A DNA stretch of 64,000 bases. Source: Candidatus Eiseniibacteriota bacterium (GTDB taxonomy: Bacteria > Eisenbacteria > RBG-16-71-46). The stretch spans positions 32,001-96,000 of the forward strand of contig JBGPFC010000006.1 of assembly GCA_041483195.1 (NCBI GenBank). The letters run 5' to 3'. Position 1 is the stretch's first letter. Each line of letters opens with the position of its first letter. Both the position numbers and the translations under genes were made by a program. Positions 20,813 through 29,720 of this stretch are shown piece after piece. Under the pieces are notes generated by a model, which ran no database searches, was not told where the DNA came from, and saw only the letters and a list, made by a program, of their open reading frames with translations.

Positions 20813-20841
20813 AGGTTAGTGGTTTGGCGCGATGCGGTCAA
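20813..20841 (-). promoter_or_regulatory. sigma70-type promoter for ugd-rfbC-rfbB-export gene
   Basis: TTGACC-17 bp-TAACCT; the -35 overlaps the upstream TGA stop. Confidence 0.65.
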
Positions 20842-21812
20842 CGTCGCGGCGCGCGAGCGTCCGCGAGCAGGGCATCGAGCGTGCCATCGAGCGGGGTCGA
20901 GGCTCGCCAGCCGCACTCGGCCTCGATCCGCGACGGGTCGCCGACCAGAAAGGGCACGTCGGCGGGGCGCGAGCGGGCCGGATCGACCTCGATCCGGATC
21001 GGGAGCCGGGCGCGCGCGATGAGGGATTCCACCATCGCCGAGAGCAGCACCCCTTCCCCGCGGCACACGTTGTACGCCTCCCCCGCGCGCCCGCGCTCGA
21101 GCAGCGCGACGTATGCTCCCGCCACGTCGCGCACGTCGGTGATGTCGCGCGTCACCGCGAGGTTCCCCACGCGCAGCAGCGGGGGTGCGGCCCCCGCCTC
21201 GATCGCCGCGATCTGCTGCGCGAACGAGGGCAGCGCGAAGCGCGGCGATTGCCCCGGCCCCGCGTGCGCGAAGGAGCGCGTGCGCACCACGTCGAGCCCG
21301 TACTCGCGGTGTGCGATTTCCGCGAACGCGTCGGCCGCCGCCTTCGACAACCCGTAAGGGCTCACCGGCCGGAACGGCGCGGTCTCGGGAACGCGCGAAC
21401 CCTCAGGCTGCGGGCCGTAGGACTCGCCGGTTCCCACCACGATCACGCGCGCGCGGGGCGCACCGGCGCGAACCGCCTCCAGCACGTTCCAGGTCCCCAG
21501 CGCGTTGGTCTGGAAGGTCATGACCGGGTCCTCGAACGAGAGTGCGGCACTACTCTGCCCCGCCAGGTGCACGACGGCTTCGGGTTTCGCGGCCGTGATC
21601 GCGGCGGCGATGGACCCCGGATCGCGCACGTCGGCCGGGTGCCAGCCCGCGAACGTCGATCCGGATGGCGCGGCGCCGAGTGCGGCGCCGTGCACGCGTG
21701 CGCCGTGCGCCACGAGGGCCGCCGCGAGGTGCGGACCCACGAAGCCGTTCGCGCCGATGACGAGGACGCTGCGCCCCTTCAGGTAACGTCTCTCACCACT
21801 CGCGCCGGGCAT
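20838..21812 (-). CDS. GDP-4-keto-6-deoxymannose reductase / GDP-mannose dehydratase-like SDR (Rmd-like)
   Basis: GANGFVG, HLAGQS, PVSPYGLSK, H.GPGQ, VGNL...RD.TDVRDV. Confidence 0.8.
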   Translation of the reverse strand: MPGASGERRYLKGRSVLVIGANGFVGPHLAAALVAHGARVHGAALGAAPSGSTFAGWHPADVRDPGSIAAAITAAKPEAVVHLAGQSSAALSFEDPVMTFQTNALGTWNVLEAVRAGAPRARVIVVGTGESYGPQPEGSRVPETAPFRPVSPYGLSKAAADAFAEIAHREYGLDVVRTRSFAHAGPGQSPRFALPSFAQQIAAIEAGAAPPLLRVGNLAVTRDITDVRDVAGAYVALLERGRAGEAYNVCRGEGVLLSAMVESLIARARLPIRIEVDPARSRPADVPFLVGDPSRIEAECGWRASTPLDGTLDALLADARAPRR

Positions 21813-22546
21813 CCCATCACCACCTTCCCGGCGGGCACGTCGCGCGTCACGACCGCACCCGCAGCCACCACCGCGCGCTCCCCGACCTCGACGCCGGGCA
21901 GGAGCACGGCGCCCAGACCGATCGAGCAACGACGCCGCAGGATGGGCCCTCGGATGAGTTCCTCGAGGTATTCGCCCTCCCACATCCGGTTGTCGTTCGC
22001 GGTCGAGACCCCGGCGCTCACGAACACCTCGTCCTCGATCACCATGTTGCCGGTGAGGTGAGTGAGGTCCATGACCTTGCATCCCGCGCCGATCGTCGTG
22101 TGGTAATTCACGGTCACCGCGCGGGCAATGAGCGTGCGCTCGCCCACCGCGCACTCTTCGCGCAACGATGCGAGATCGCCGATCAACACTTCGGCAGCGA
22201 GCCGCGAGCCACGATAGAGCACCGCGTGGGCGCCGATCACCGCGCCCGGGCCGATCTCGAGCCCGGGAAGAGTCGCGGCGAGCGGCCGGGTCGCGGCGCG
22301 CGTCGCCACCGGCGGCCGGCCGAGGACGGCTCCCGGCAGCACGCGGACGCCTTCGCGAAGGATGGTGTCTTCGTACACGATCGCGTGTGCCTCGATCACG
22401 CACCCGTCCTCGAGCACCGCGCCCAAATGGATCACGACGCCTGGCCCGAGTTCCACGCGCCCGATCCGCGCATCCGGGTGGATGCAGCGGCCGTGCGCAT
22501 CGGGCCGCAGGGCGCCGGGCCCGATCTCCGAGCGCTCGGGGTTCAC
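21779..22546 (-). CDS. Hexapeptide-repeat acyltransferase (WbpD/LbetaH-like)
   Basis: Repeated [IVL]G hexads, TAND, LLPGV.VG..AVVAAGAVVTRDVP....G.PAR; GTGA coupling. Confidence 0.85.
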   Translation of the reverse strand: MNPERSEIGPGALRPDAHGRCIHPDARIGRVELGPGVVIHLGAVLEDGCVIEAHAIVYEDTILREGVRVLPGAVLGRPPVATRAATRPLAATLPGLEIGPGAVIGAHAVLYRGSRLAAEVLIGDLASLREECAVGERTLIARAVTVNYHTTIGAGCKVMDLTHLTGNMVIEDEVFVSAGVSTANDNRMWEGEYLEELIRGPILRRRCSIGLGAVLLPGVEVGERAVVAAGAVVTRDVPAGKVVMGCPARVVRDVT

Positions 22547-23544
22547 CAATAGCGCTCCCGGTGGGTCCGGTAATAGTCCACCGTCGCGCGCACCCCGTCG
22601 GCGAGGGTCGTCGTCGGCCGCCAACCCACCAGCCGGCCGATCTTCGCGATGTCGCTGTAGAAATCTCCCGGCTCCTGCGCCTTCCGTTCGGGCGTGAACT
22701 CGGTGTAGACGATCTGCGCGCCCTCGACGGTGGAGCAGATCGCCTCGGCGAGATCGCGGAACGTGGCGGGTCGATCGTCGCCGATGTTGATGATCTCGCC
22801 TGCGCAGGCGGGCTCCGCCGCACACCGCAGCATGGCGTCCACGCAGTCGTCGATGTAAACGAAGTCCCGACGAATCAGCCCGTCGCCGAACAGGGTGATG
22901 GGCTTGCCGTCGAGCGCGAGACGGATGAGCCAGTTCGCGACTCCATAGTGCGAGGACTTCATCTGGGCGCGCGGGCCGTAAATATTGGTGAGCCGGAGCA
23001 TCACCGCCCGGATGCCGTGCACCTCGTGATACATCTGCAGAATCTTCTCCGAAGTCAGGAGCGAGATCTCGTGCAGGCCCTTGGGGTGGGTGGGCGCGTC
23101 CTCCGCGACCGGGAGCCGGATCGCCGCCCCGTACTGGCCACGCGTGCCGCTGCGCACCACCAGCACTCCCGGGTTGACCTTGCGGATCGCCTCGAGCAGC
23201 GCCGCCGTTCCCTTGATGTTGATCTCGATGTCGGGATAGGGGTCGGACATGCTCTTGACGTGCGAGACCTGCGCCGCACAGTGAAACACCACGTCCACGC
23301 CGTCCACCATGAGGGCCATCAGGTGTTCGTCGCGCACGTCGCAGTAATTGACCCGCACCCGGTCGCGCACCGGCTCGATGTTGAAGAGGTTGCCGCCAAA
23401 TTCGGAGATCATGGCGTCCGCGATGACGACCTCTGCGCCCGCCTCGGCGAGACGGATCGCGAGCGTCGAGCCCACGAAACCGAGTCCCCCGGTGATCAGC
23501 ACGCGCCGGCCGCGAAATGCCGAACTGTCGCGCGATGGGTTCAC
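22543..23544 (-). CDS. NAD-dependent epimerase/dehydratase
   Basis: TGGLGFVGS, TRGQYG, LRLTNIYGP, FGDG...RDFVYIDD; the usual YxxxK position reads HEISL (atypical). Confidence 0.85.
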   Translation of the reverse strand: MNPSRDSSAFRGRRVLITGGLGFVGSTLAIRLAEAGAEVVIADAMISEFGGNLFNIEPVRDRVRVNYCDVRDEHLMALMVDGVDVVFHCAAQVSHVKSMSDPYPDIEINIKGTAALLEAIRKVNPGVLVVRSGTRGQYGAAIRLPVAEDAPTHPKGLHEISLLTSEKILQMYHEVHGIRAVMLRLTNIYGPRAQMKSSHYGVANWLIRLALDGKPITLFGDGLIRRDFVYIDDCVDAMLRCAAEPACAGEIINIGDDRPATFRDLAEAICSTVEGAQIVYTEFTPERKAQEPGDFYSDIAKIGRLVGWRPTTTLADGVRATVDYYRTHRERYW

Positions 23545-23704
23545 GGTCGTTCCTCATCCTCCCTGCCGTGGGGCGGTACGAACTTGCCGCTCGGGATCCG
23601 ATCACTCGGCCTCACGACCCGATGCTCGCAATGGGAGCCCACCGGGCCTAAGCCCGCTGAACTGTTGCCGAACGCTGGGTGGATGTCCAGTTCGCGAGTC
23701 CGAG

Positions 23705-25249
23705 TCATGATCGCGACGGGGCCTCTTCACCGCGCGCGAGCAGCAGCGCGCTCAACTCACGGATGCGCACGAAGCGCGTGACGAGCGTCACCGCGAGCGC
23801 GAGCCCTCCCGCGACCGCGGCCACCAGCGCGAGGATCGCCCAAGCGAGCGGGCCGCGGGCCGCCGGCAGCGCGCGGTCGAGCGCGAACGACGCCACCGCG
23901 CCGACGGCGACGGCCACCACCGGCACGCCGCATGGCTCGAGCAACAGATGCATGGCCGGCCACGATAGCGTCCTCGCCAGCAGCGTGATGAACAGCGTCG
24001 CGCCGATGAAGTTCGCGGCGATGATGGCGATCAGCGCGCCCGCGATCCCAAGCTTCGGCATCAGCCACAGACTGAGCGCAAGATGTGTGACCAAAGCCAC
24101 CGCCGCGAACCACGCCTCGAGATCGGTGCGCGCGATGCCGCGCGCCACGGTGGTGCCCATCCCGGTCGCGATCGCGATGCTTCCGGCGATCGCGATCCCA
24201 CGCAGCGCGAGCGCGGCGCCGGCGTGCCCGGGCCCCAGCCAGGTCAGATAGAGGCGGTCCGCGCTTCCGAGCAGCACCGCGAGCGTGATCGCACCCGCCG
24301 CGAGCACGTAACGATTCGCACGGCGGTACAGTTCTCGCAGCCGTTCCGGGGTCTCGCCCGCGTGGATCGCCGCGGCAGCGGGCAGTACCGCCAGCAGGAG
24401 CAGCTGAGGTACGCCGTTCGCGGCGGTCGCGACGCGAAAACCCAATTCGTACGGCGTGACGGCGGCCAGCGCGACGAAGCGCGCGAGGAGGAACTTGTCG
24501 AGGTGGGAGTGGATCACGGAGAGCGCATTGCCGATCTGCATCGGCCCCCCGAAACGGATGACCGCGCGCGTGTGACGTAGGGCTTCGCTCGCGCTCCCCC
24601 AGTGGAACTCGGGTTCGGCACGCCTTAGGAGCATGAGGCCCAGCGCGAGGCCGAGCGTCCAGCCCAGACCGACATTGACGACCAGGCCGGCGAGGCCCCA
24701 GTGCATGGCGAGCACGATGGGAATCCCGATCGCCTGCTGCGCGGTGAGAGTCAGCAGCACCCGGTTCGCGAGGTCGAAGCGCCCGCAGGCCTGGTTGATG
24801 GCCATGGTGATGTTGGCGAGGCCCGAAAGCGTGAAGACGCCGGCCCCCGCCACGATCGCGAAGCCCGCCGCACCGCGCACCTCGTCCGGCACGCGCAGCC
24901 AGTCCATGATGGGCCCGCGGAAGGCGAGCGTGACCGTGAGCCACACCAGACCGAGCACGACGTACCCGAGGGCGGCGAGCGTCGCGAACGCGCCGCCGCT
25001 CGTCAGGTCGCCGCGCTCGCGCGCGGCCGCGACGCGCTGGAGCGTGCCCTGGGCGAGGCCGAAGTCGAGCGCGCCGAAATATCCTGTAAGCGCGAAGAAC
25101 AGCGACCACACCGCGAATCCGTCGGGCCCGAGGGCGCCGAGAATGGGTGGCGTGAGCACCAGCCACACCACGATCGCCGCGACGCGGCCGGTCGCGGCGT
25201 GCATGGTGTTCGCCACCAGCCGCCGGCCGAGACCGGGTGCGGCGCTCAT
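23705..25249 (-). CDS. wzx: Wzx-type oligosaccharide flippase
   Basis: Many TM segments; LG...F..W, DFGL, DKFLL, V..Y pattern; glycan-locus context. Confidence 0.85.
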   Translation of the reverse strand: MSAAPGLGRRLVANTMHAATGRVAAIVVWLVLTPPILGALGPDGFAVWSLFFALTGYFGALDFGLAQGTLQRVAAARERGDLTSGGAFATLAALGYVVLGLVWLTVTLAFRGPIMDWLRVPDEVRGAAGFAIVAGAGVFTLSGLANITMAINQACGRFDLANRVLLTLTAQQAIGIPIVLAMHWGLAGLVVNVGLGWTLGLALGLMLLRRAEPEFHWGSASEALRHTRAVIRFGGPMQIGNALSVIHSHLDKFLLARFVALAAVTPYELGFRVATAANGVPQLLLLAVLPAAAAIHAGETPERLRELYRRANRYVLAAGAITLAVLLGSADRLYLTWLGPGHAGAALALRGIAIAGSIAIATGMGTTVARGIARTDLEAWFAAVALVTHLALSLWLMPKLGIAGALIAIIAANFIGATLFITLLARTLSWPAMHLLLEPCGVPVVAVAVGAVASFALDRALPAARGPLAWAILALVAAVAGGLALAVTLVTRFVRIRELSALLLARGEEAPSRS

Positions 25250-25313
25250 CGGATGCTCGCGGAGCGGCCCCGGCCGGCGCCGCGCGCCGGAACGGCTGGC
25301 GCGCTCCGCATGT

Positions 25314-26267
25314 TCACCGTGCGCGCCAGTGGTCCAGCATGTCGCGCAGGGTTTGTTCGAACGGAATGGTCGGCTGCCAGCCGGTCGCCTTCACGAATTT
25401 CGAGTTGTCGCCGAGCAGCACCGGCACGTCGCTCGGGCGCAGGCGCGCCGGATCCTGCCGCACCTCGATCTTCGCGGTCGTCATGCCGAGCAGCAGGTCG
25501 AGCACCTCGCGGATGGTCCACGCCCGCCCGCGGCAGATGTTGTAGACCTCTCCCGGCGCGCACTTCTCGAGCGCGAGCCAGTAGGCGCGCACCATGTCGC
25601 GCACGTCGGTGAAGTCGCGCTTGGCCTCGAGGTTTCCGACCGACAGCACCGGCGGCCGGCGGCCCTTCTCGATGTCGGCGATCTGCTTCGCGAAGTCGGA
25701 GGCCACGAATACCGGGCCCCGCCGCGGGCCCTCGTGGTTGAATCCGCGCGTGCGCACGCTGTCGACCTTCCACGACATCCAGTACTGGTAGCCCAGCATG
25801 TCCTGCGCCACCTTGCTCACGGCGTACGGCGACAGGGGCCGCAGCGGGTTCGTCTCCTTGATGGGCACCTCGTCCGGAAACACCATGCCGTACTCCTCGC
25901 TCGAGCAGGCGAGCTGGATGCGGCACTTGAGCCCGACGTGCCGCACGCCCTCGAACAGGTTGACCTGCCCGAGGATGTTGGTGCTGAGCGACTCGGTGGG
26001 GGCGGTCCATGAGGTGGGCACGAACGATTGAGCTGCGAGATGGAAGATCCAGTCGGGGCGGGTCTTCTCGAGCACGTCGCGCGTGGAGGTGGCGTCGCGC
26101 AGGTCACATTCGACCATCGTGATCCGGTCGGAGAAGTGTTCGATGTTCTCGGTGCGGCTGCGCCAGCGCTGGATGCCGAAGAGCTCGCAGTCGCCGCGGG
26201 TGAGGATGTAGTCCACGAGATGACTGCCGGCGAATCCGGTGACGCCGGTGACTAGCACGCGTCGCAT
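25314..26267 (-). CDS. GDP-mannose 4,6-dehydratase / Rmd-like SDR
   Basis: TGVTGFAGSHL, HLAAQSFV..SW, SSEEYG, SPYAVSK, FNHEGPRRG..FV, GNLEAKRDFTDVRD, LRPSDV. Confidence 0.88.
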   Translation of the reverse strand: MRRVLVTGVTGFAGSHLVDYILTRGDCELFGIQRWRSRTENIEHFSDRITMVECDLRDATSTRDVLEKTRPDWIFHLAAQSFVPTSWTAPTESLSTNILGQVNLFEGVRHVGLKCRIQLACSSEEYGMVFPDEVPIKETNPLRPLSPYAVSKVAQDMLGYQYWMSWKVDSVRTRGFNHEGPRRGPVFVASDFAKQIADIEKGRRPPVLSVGNLEAKRDFTDVRDMVRAYWLALEKCAPGEVYNICRGRAWTIREVLDLLLGMTTAKIEVRQDPARLRPSDVPVLLGDNSKFVKATGWQPTIPFEQTLRDMLDHWRAR

Positions 26268-26311
26268 GAAGAGCCCTCGAGTCCGTTCAGTCTTGCGTGG
26301 AGGTGCCGCCC

Positions 26312-26340
26312 AACATAGGGATTCGGATGGTGCCGGTCAA
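26312..26340 (-). promoter_or_regulatory. sigma70-type promoter heading the main glycan operon
   Basis: TTGACC-17 bp-TATGTT. Confidence 0.65.
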
Positions 26341-26365
26341 TGGCGCGCGCCGCGTTCCCCGCCGC

Positions 26366-27511
26366 CTACCGCTTCCTCGGTTTCGTCCGCGCCCGGTGCG
26401 GAGCGGGCGGCTTGGTCGGCGGCTCCGCCGCCTGCCACACCGGGCGCCGCGGAAGATCGGGCGCCGCGATCGCGCGCAACGCGAGCGCCCATTCGGCCGC
26501 CGGCTCGCCGCTCGCCTTCTCGAGATCGCGGGCGAACGCGCGCGATGCGCGCAGCGCGGCCTCGCGGTACTTCCGCTCGCCGGTGACCGAGGCCAGCTCC
26601 GCGAGAAAGCGCGCGGCGCGTGCGTTCTCGCCGGCGTCCCGCCCGCTGCGTTTCACCTTTCCCTGCTTCGGAGAGGCCTGGCTCGCGAACCCGCCCTTCT
26701 GGGGATCCTCGTAGCGCGCGAGCAGCATCTCGCCGAGCGTCTTCGCGCGCGCGAGATCGGCCGCGCGCCCCCCGAGATGCGCCGCCAGCACCAGCGCGCG
26801 CCCCATCTCGGTCTGATCCTCGAGCTGCGGCGCGCTGCGCAGCTCGCCGAACGGGTCGCGGCGCAGCAGGCCGAAGTCGGGGTTCCAGCTGCTCGTCCAC
26901 ACCCGGTCCAGGCTCTTCAGCGCGAAGTCGCGGACGCGCGGATCGGAGGTGGCGGCTGCCCACGCGAGCCAGGCATGGATCGCGAAGCCGTTCGCCCGCG
27001 GCTGCAGATCGCGGTCGCCGCTCTGTCCGGCGACGAAGCCACCGCGCGGGTCCATCAGCACGCGCTCGAAGTAGTCCACCACGCGGGTCGCTACCCCGCG
27101 GTCCGCCACGGCCTCGCGGTCCACGGCGCCCCCTCCCGCGTGCCACGCATCGATGAGATTCTCGAGCCGGCGCGCGTTGGGCTCCGTCCACTTCTCGAAC
27201 GACGAGCTCATGCGATCCGCGTCGCGCGTGCGGCTGAAGAAGCCGCCGCCGGTCGAATCGTAGAGCCCGAGCGTCCAGCGCACGGTCTGTCGCGCGCGCG
27301 CGGTCCACCGCGGCTCGCCCCGCTCGCGGCCCAGCGCGAAGGCCAGCTCGACCGCGCTCTCCATCGGGGCCCCGTCGCGGGTCACGAACCCGCCGCGGGC
27401 ACTGTCCCATCCCGCGGCGACCTGCTCGATCAGGCGGTCGGTGCGCGCGTCGTGCCCGGGGGGCGCCTGAGCGGCGGCCGCGAGGCTCACGAACAGCACC
27501 AGCGTGTGCAT
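26366..27511 (-). CDS. Secreted alpha/alpha-toroid protein (six-hairpin glycosidase / DUF255 C-terminal-like), function unknown
   Basis: Signal peptide MHTLVLFVSLAAAAQA; recurring D...GGF loops (WDSARGGF, YDSTGGGF, MDPRGGF, EDPQKGGF) between helices. Confidence 0.6.
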   Translation of the reverse strand: MHTLVLFVSLAAAAQAPPGHDARTDRLIEQVAAGWDSARGGFVTRDGAPMESAVELAFALGRERGEPRWTARARQTVRWTLGLYDSTGGGFFSRTRDADRMSSSFEKWTEPNARRLENLIDAWHAGGGAVDREAVADRGVATRVVDYFERVLMDPRGGFVAGQSGDRDLQPRANGFAIHAWLAWAAATSDPRVRDFALKSLDRVWTSSWNPDFGLLRRDPFGELRSAPQLEDQTEMGRALVLAAHLGGRAADLARAKTLGEMLLARYEDPQKGGFASQASPKQGKVKRSGRDAGENARAARFLAELASVTGERKYREAALRASRAFARDLEKASGEPAAEWALALRAIAAPDLPRRPVWQAAEPPTKPPAPHRARTKPRKR

Positions 27512-27586
27512 AGGCGTCCTCCGTGACGGCGCGAGCGGCGCCGCGCGCGGGGCGCGAGGCCCCGCGCACGGCACGAAAACCGGTCG

Positions 27587-29557
27587 TCAGTGCAGGGCGA
27601 TCGTGACCAGCGCGATCAGCACACCCATCAGGCTCTCGCCCGCGATGATCCCGGACGCCACCGGCACCGTGTACTGTTCGGCGGCCTTCGCATTCAGCCG
27701 CTTGAACCACATCGCCAGACACGAGCCGATGAAGAACGAGATGGTGTTGAACCCGTTGATCGTGAACGCGAGTCCGAGTCCGGTCGCGGACGGGATGTAC
27801 TTCTTGTGCTTCGGCAGTGCCATCTCGAGCAGCGGGAGCAGGATCCCGATCGTCCCGCCGATCACGAGCCCGTAGCGCGCCGACACCGGCAGCGCCCCGA
27901 CCCCCTTCGCGAGCAGCTCGGCGACGCCGCGCCACACCAGGGCCGCGGGGGCCGGCCACTTCTCGGTGCCGAGCATGTTCACGTCCGGGATCAGGATGAA
28001 ATAGACCGGCACCACGATCAGCCCGCCCGCGAGCACCCCGAAGAATTGCGCGAAGAACTGCTGGCGCGGATTGGCCCCGAGCAGGTAGCCGCTCTTGAGA
28101 TCGGTGAGCAGGTCGCCGGCGTGGCTGGTCGCCCCCGCGCTGATGTTCGCGGTCATGAGGTTGGTGGTGATGTCGCCGGGCTTGATCGCGCCGAAGGTGA
28201 GCTGCGTGATCTTGCTCAGCGGCCCGACCGGCGTGATGTCGGTCTCGCCGGTGGCGCGCGCCGCGACCACCACCAGGAAGAACGTCGCGAGCACCGCGAT
28301 CAGCCCCATCCACCACACGATGTGAAACAGCACGTTGCCGAGGATGATGATCGCGACCCCCAGCACCGCGAACCCGGCCAGGAACCACGAGCCCGGGACC
28401 TCGATGCGGTCCATCGGGTCCTCGCCCTCCTTGCGCTTCAGGAAAGCCGCGATGGTGCTGAAGGCCCGCACCACCGTCTTCCAGTTCATGAAGAACAGCA
28501 GCAGCCCCGAGGTCACCATCATCGGAACGCCGATCCACAGGCTCCACGACGAGATCTTGCGGAAGCTCGGGGCCTCGATCACGCCGGCCCCGAGAAAATG
28601 CGGAGCCAGCACGCAGTAGTTGACGATCGCCCCGAGCAGCATGCTCCACGCCTGCCGGAAGCTGATGATCGCGCCCGCCGCGATGAACAGCAGCGAGCCC
28701 TCGAACGACATCGTCACGCGATTGAGGGTGAGCGGCTCGCCCTTGTAGGTGCCGAGCCGGATCCAGCTCGTGCCCCACACCGATTCGATCCGCGGGTAGC
28801 GCAGCCACGACAGGTGCTGCTGCCACCATCCCCAGGCCGGCATGATCCAGGCCTTGACCGGCGACCAGCTGGGCACGCCCCTGATGTCGACGACCCTGAG
28901 GAATGGAAAGTCGGCGTCACGCATCCAGGTGAGGACGCCGCCCACCAGCCCCGCGATCCCGAGGGAGGCCGCCTGCTTCGACGCCCCATCGCCCTTCGCG
29001 TGCAGCGTCCGCATGGTGGTCGCGGCGGCGATCCCGCTCGGGAACGGCAGCTTCTCGACGTTGATCATCTGCCGCTTGGCGGGCACCGCGAGGAACACGC
29101 CGAGCCACGAGATGCAGATCATCCACGGGATCAGCCACAGGCATCGCGCCCCGAAGGTCGCGGGCAGCACGGCGGCGTTCAGCATCATGAGCGCCGGGAT
29201 CGCGTTCACCAGGCCCGCGCTCGTCATCGAGCCGGCCGCCGAGGCGGTGGACTGCATCGCGTTGTTCTCGAGGATGCTGAACGGCGGGAACAGCTTCGGA
29301 AACATCCGGTGGAGCGTGGCGAAGATGGAGTAGGCGAGGATGCAGGAGGTGATCGCGACGCCCAGACTCCAGCCCGCCTTGAGCCCGACATAGACGTTGG
29401 AGCAGGCCATGACCATGCCGAGCAGCATTCCCATGACGACGGCCCGCACCGTGAGCTGCGGCATGCGGTCGCCTTGATACACGTGTTCGAACCACTCGCG
29501 CTCGATCTCTTCCGGAGTCTGCGGGCGATCGGGCGGAGGGATGGTTTCGGTGGCCAC
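27587..29557 (-). CDS. OPT-family oligopeptide transporter
   Basis: PQLTVRA, NVYVGLKAGW, ENNAMQSTASA, LPFPSG.AAA, GETDITP, DLKSG.LLGA.PR.Q; GTG with GAGGGG RBS. Confidence 0.92.
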   Translation of the reverse strand: MATETIPPPDRPQTPEEIEREWFEHVYQGDRMPQLTVRAVVMGMLLGMVMACSNVYVGLKAGWSLGVAITSCILAYSIFATLHRMFPKLFPPFSILENNAMQSTASAAGSMTSAGLVNAIPALMMLNAAVLPATFGARCLWLIPWMICISWLGVFLAVPAKRQMINVEKLPFPSGIAAATTMRTLHAKGDGASKQAASLGIAGLVGGVLTWMRDADFPFLRVVDIRGVPSWSPVKAWIMPAWGWWQQHLSWLRYPRIESVWGTSWIRLGTYKGEPLTLNRVTMSFEGSLLFIAAGAIISFRQAWSMLLGAIVNYCVLAPHFLGAGVIEAPSFRKISSWSLWIGVPMMVTSGLLLFFMNWKTVVRAFSTIAAFLKRKEGEDPMDRIEVPGSWFLAGFAVLGVAIIILGNVLFHIVWWMGLIAVLATFFLVVVAARATGETDITPVGPLSKITQLTFGAIKPGDITTNLMTANISAGATSHAGDLLTDLKSGYLLGANPRQQFFAQFFGVLAGGLIVVPVYFILIPDVNMLGTEKWPAPAALVWRGVAELLAKGVGALPVSARYGLVIGGTIGILLPLLEMALPKHKKYIPSATGLGLAFTINGFNTISFFIGSCLAMWFKRLNAKAAEQYTVPVASGIIAGESLMGVLIALVTIALH

Positions 29558-29720
29558 GGCGGTCCCCTCGCGTTGTGAGCTTCGGCTGGGAGGTCCTAAG
29601 CGAACCGCAGGACGTTGGACGATCCCGCGGGTCGAGCGCAAGCCCTTTTCGTGCGGGCGGGGGACGCGTGCGGCGTTCGGGTCGTGCGGCGGGACGGCGT
29701 GACCGCTCGAGCGGCCGCGT

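Noticed and set aside
23571..23580. GGCGGTACG as an ops/JUMPstart element
   Set aside because: Does not match GGCGGTAG and lies on the wrong strand for the minus-strand operon
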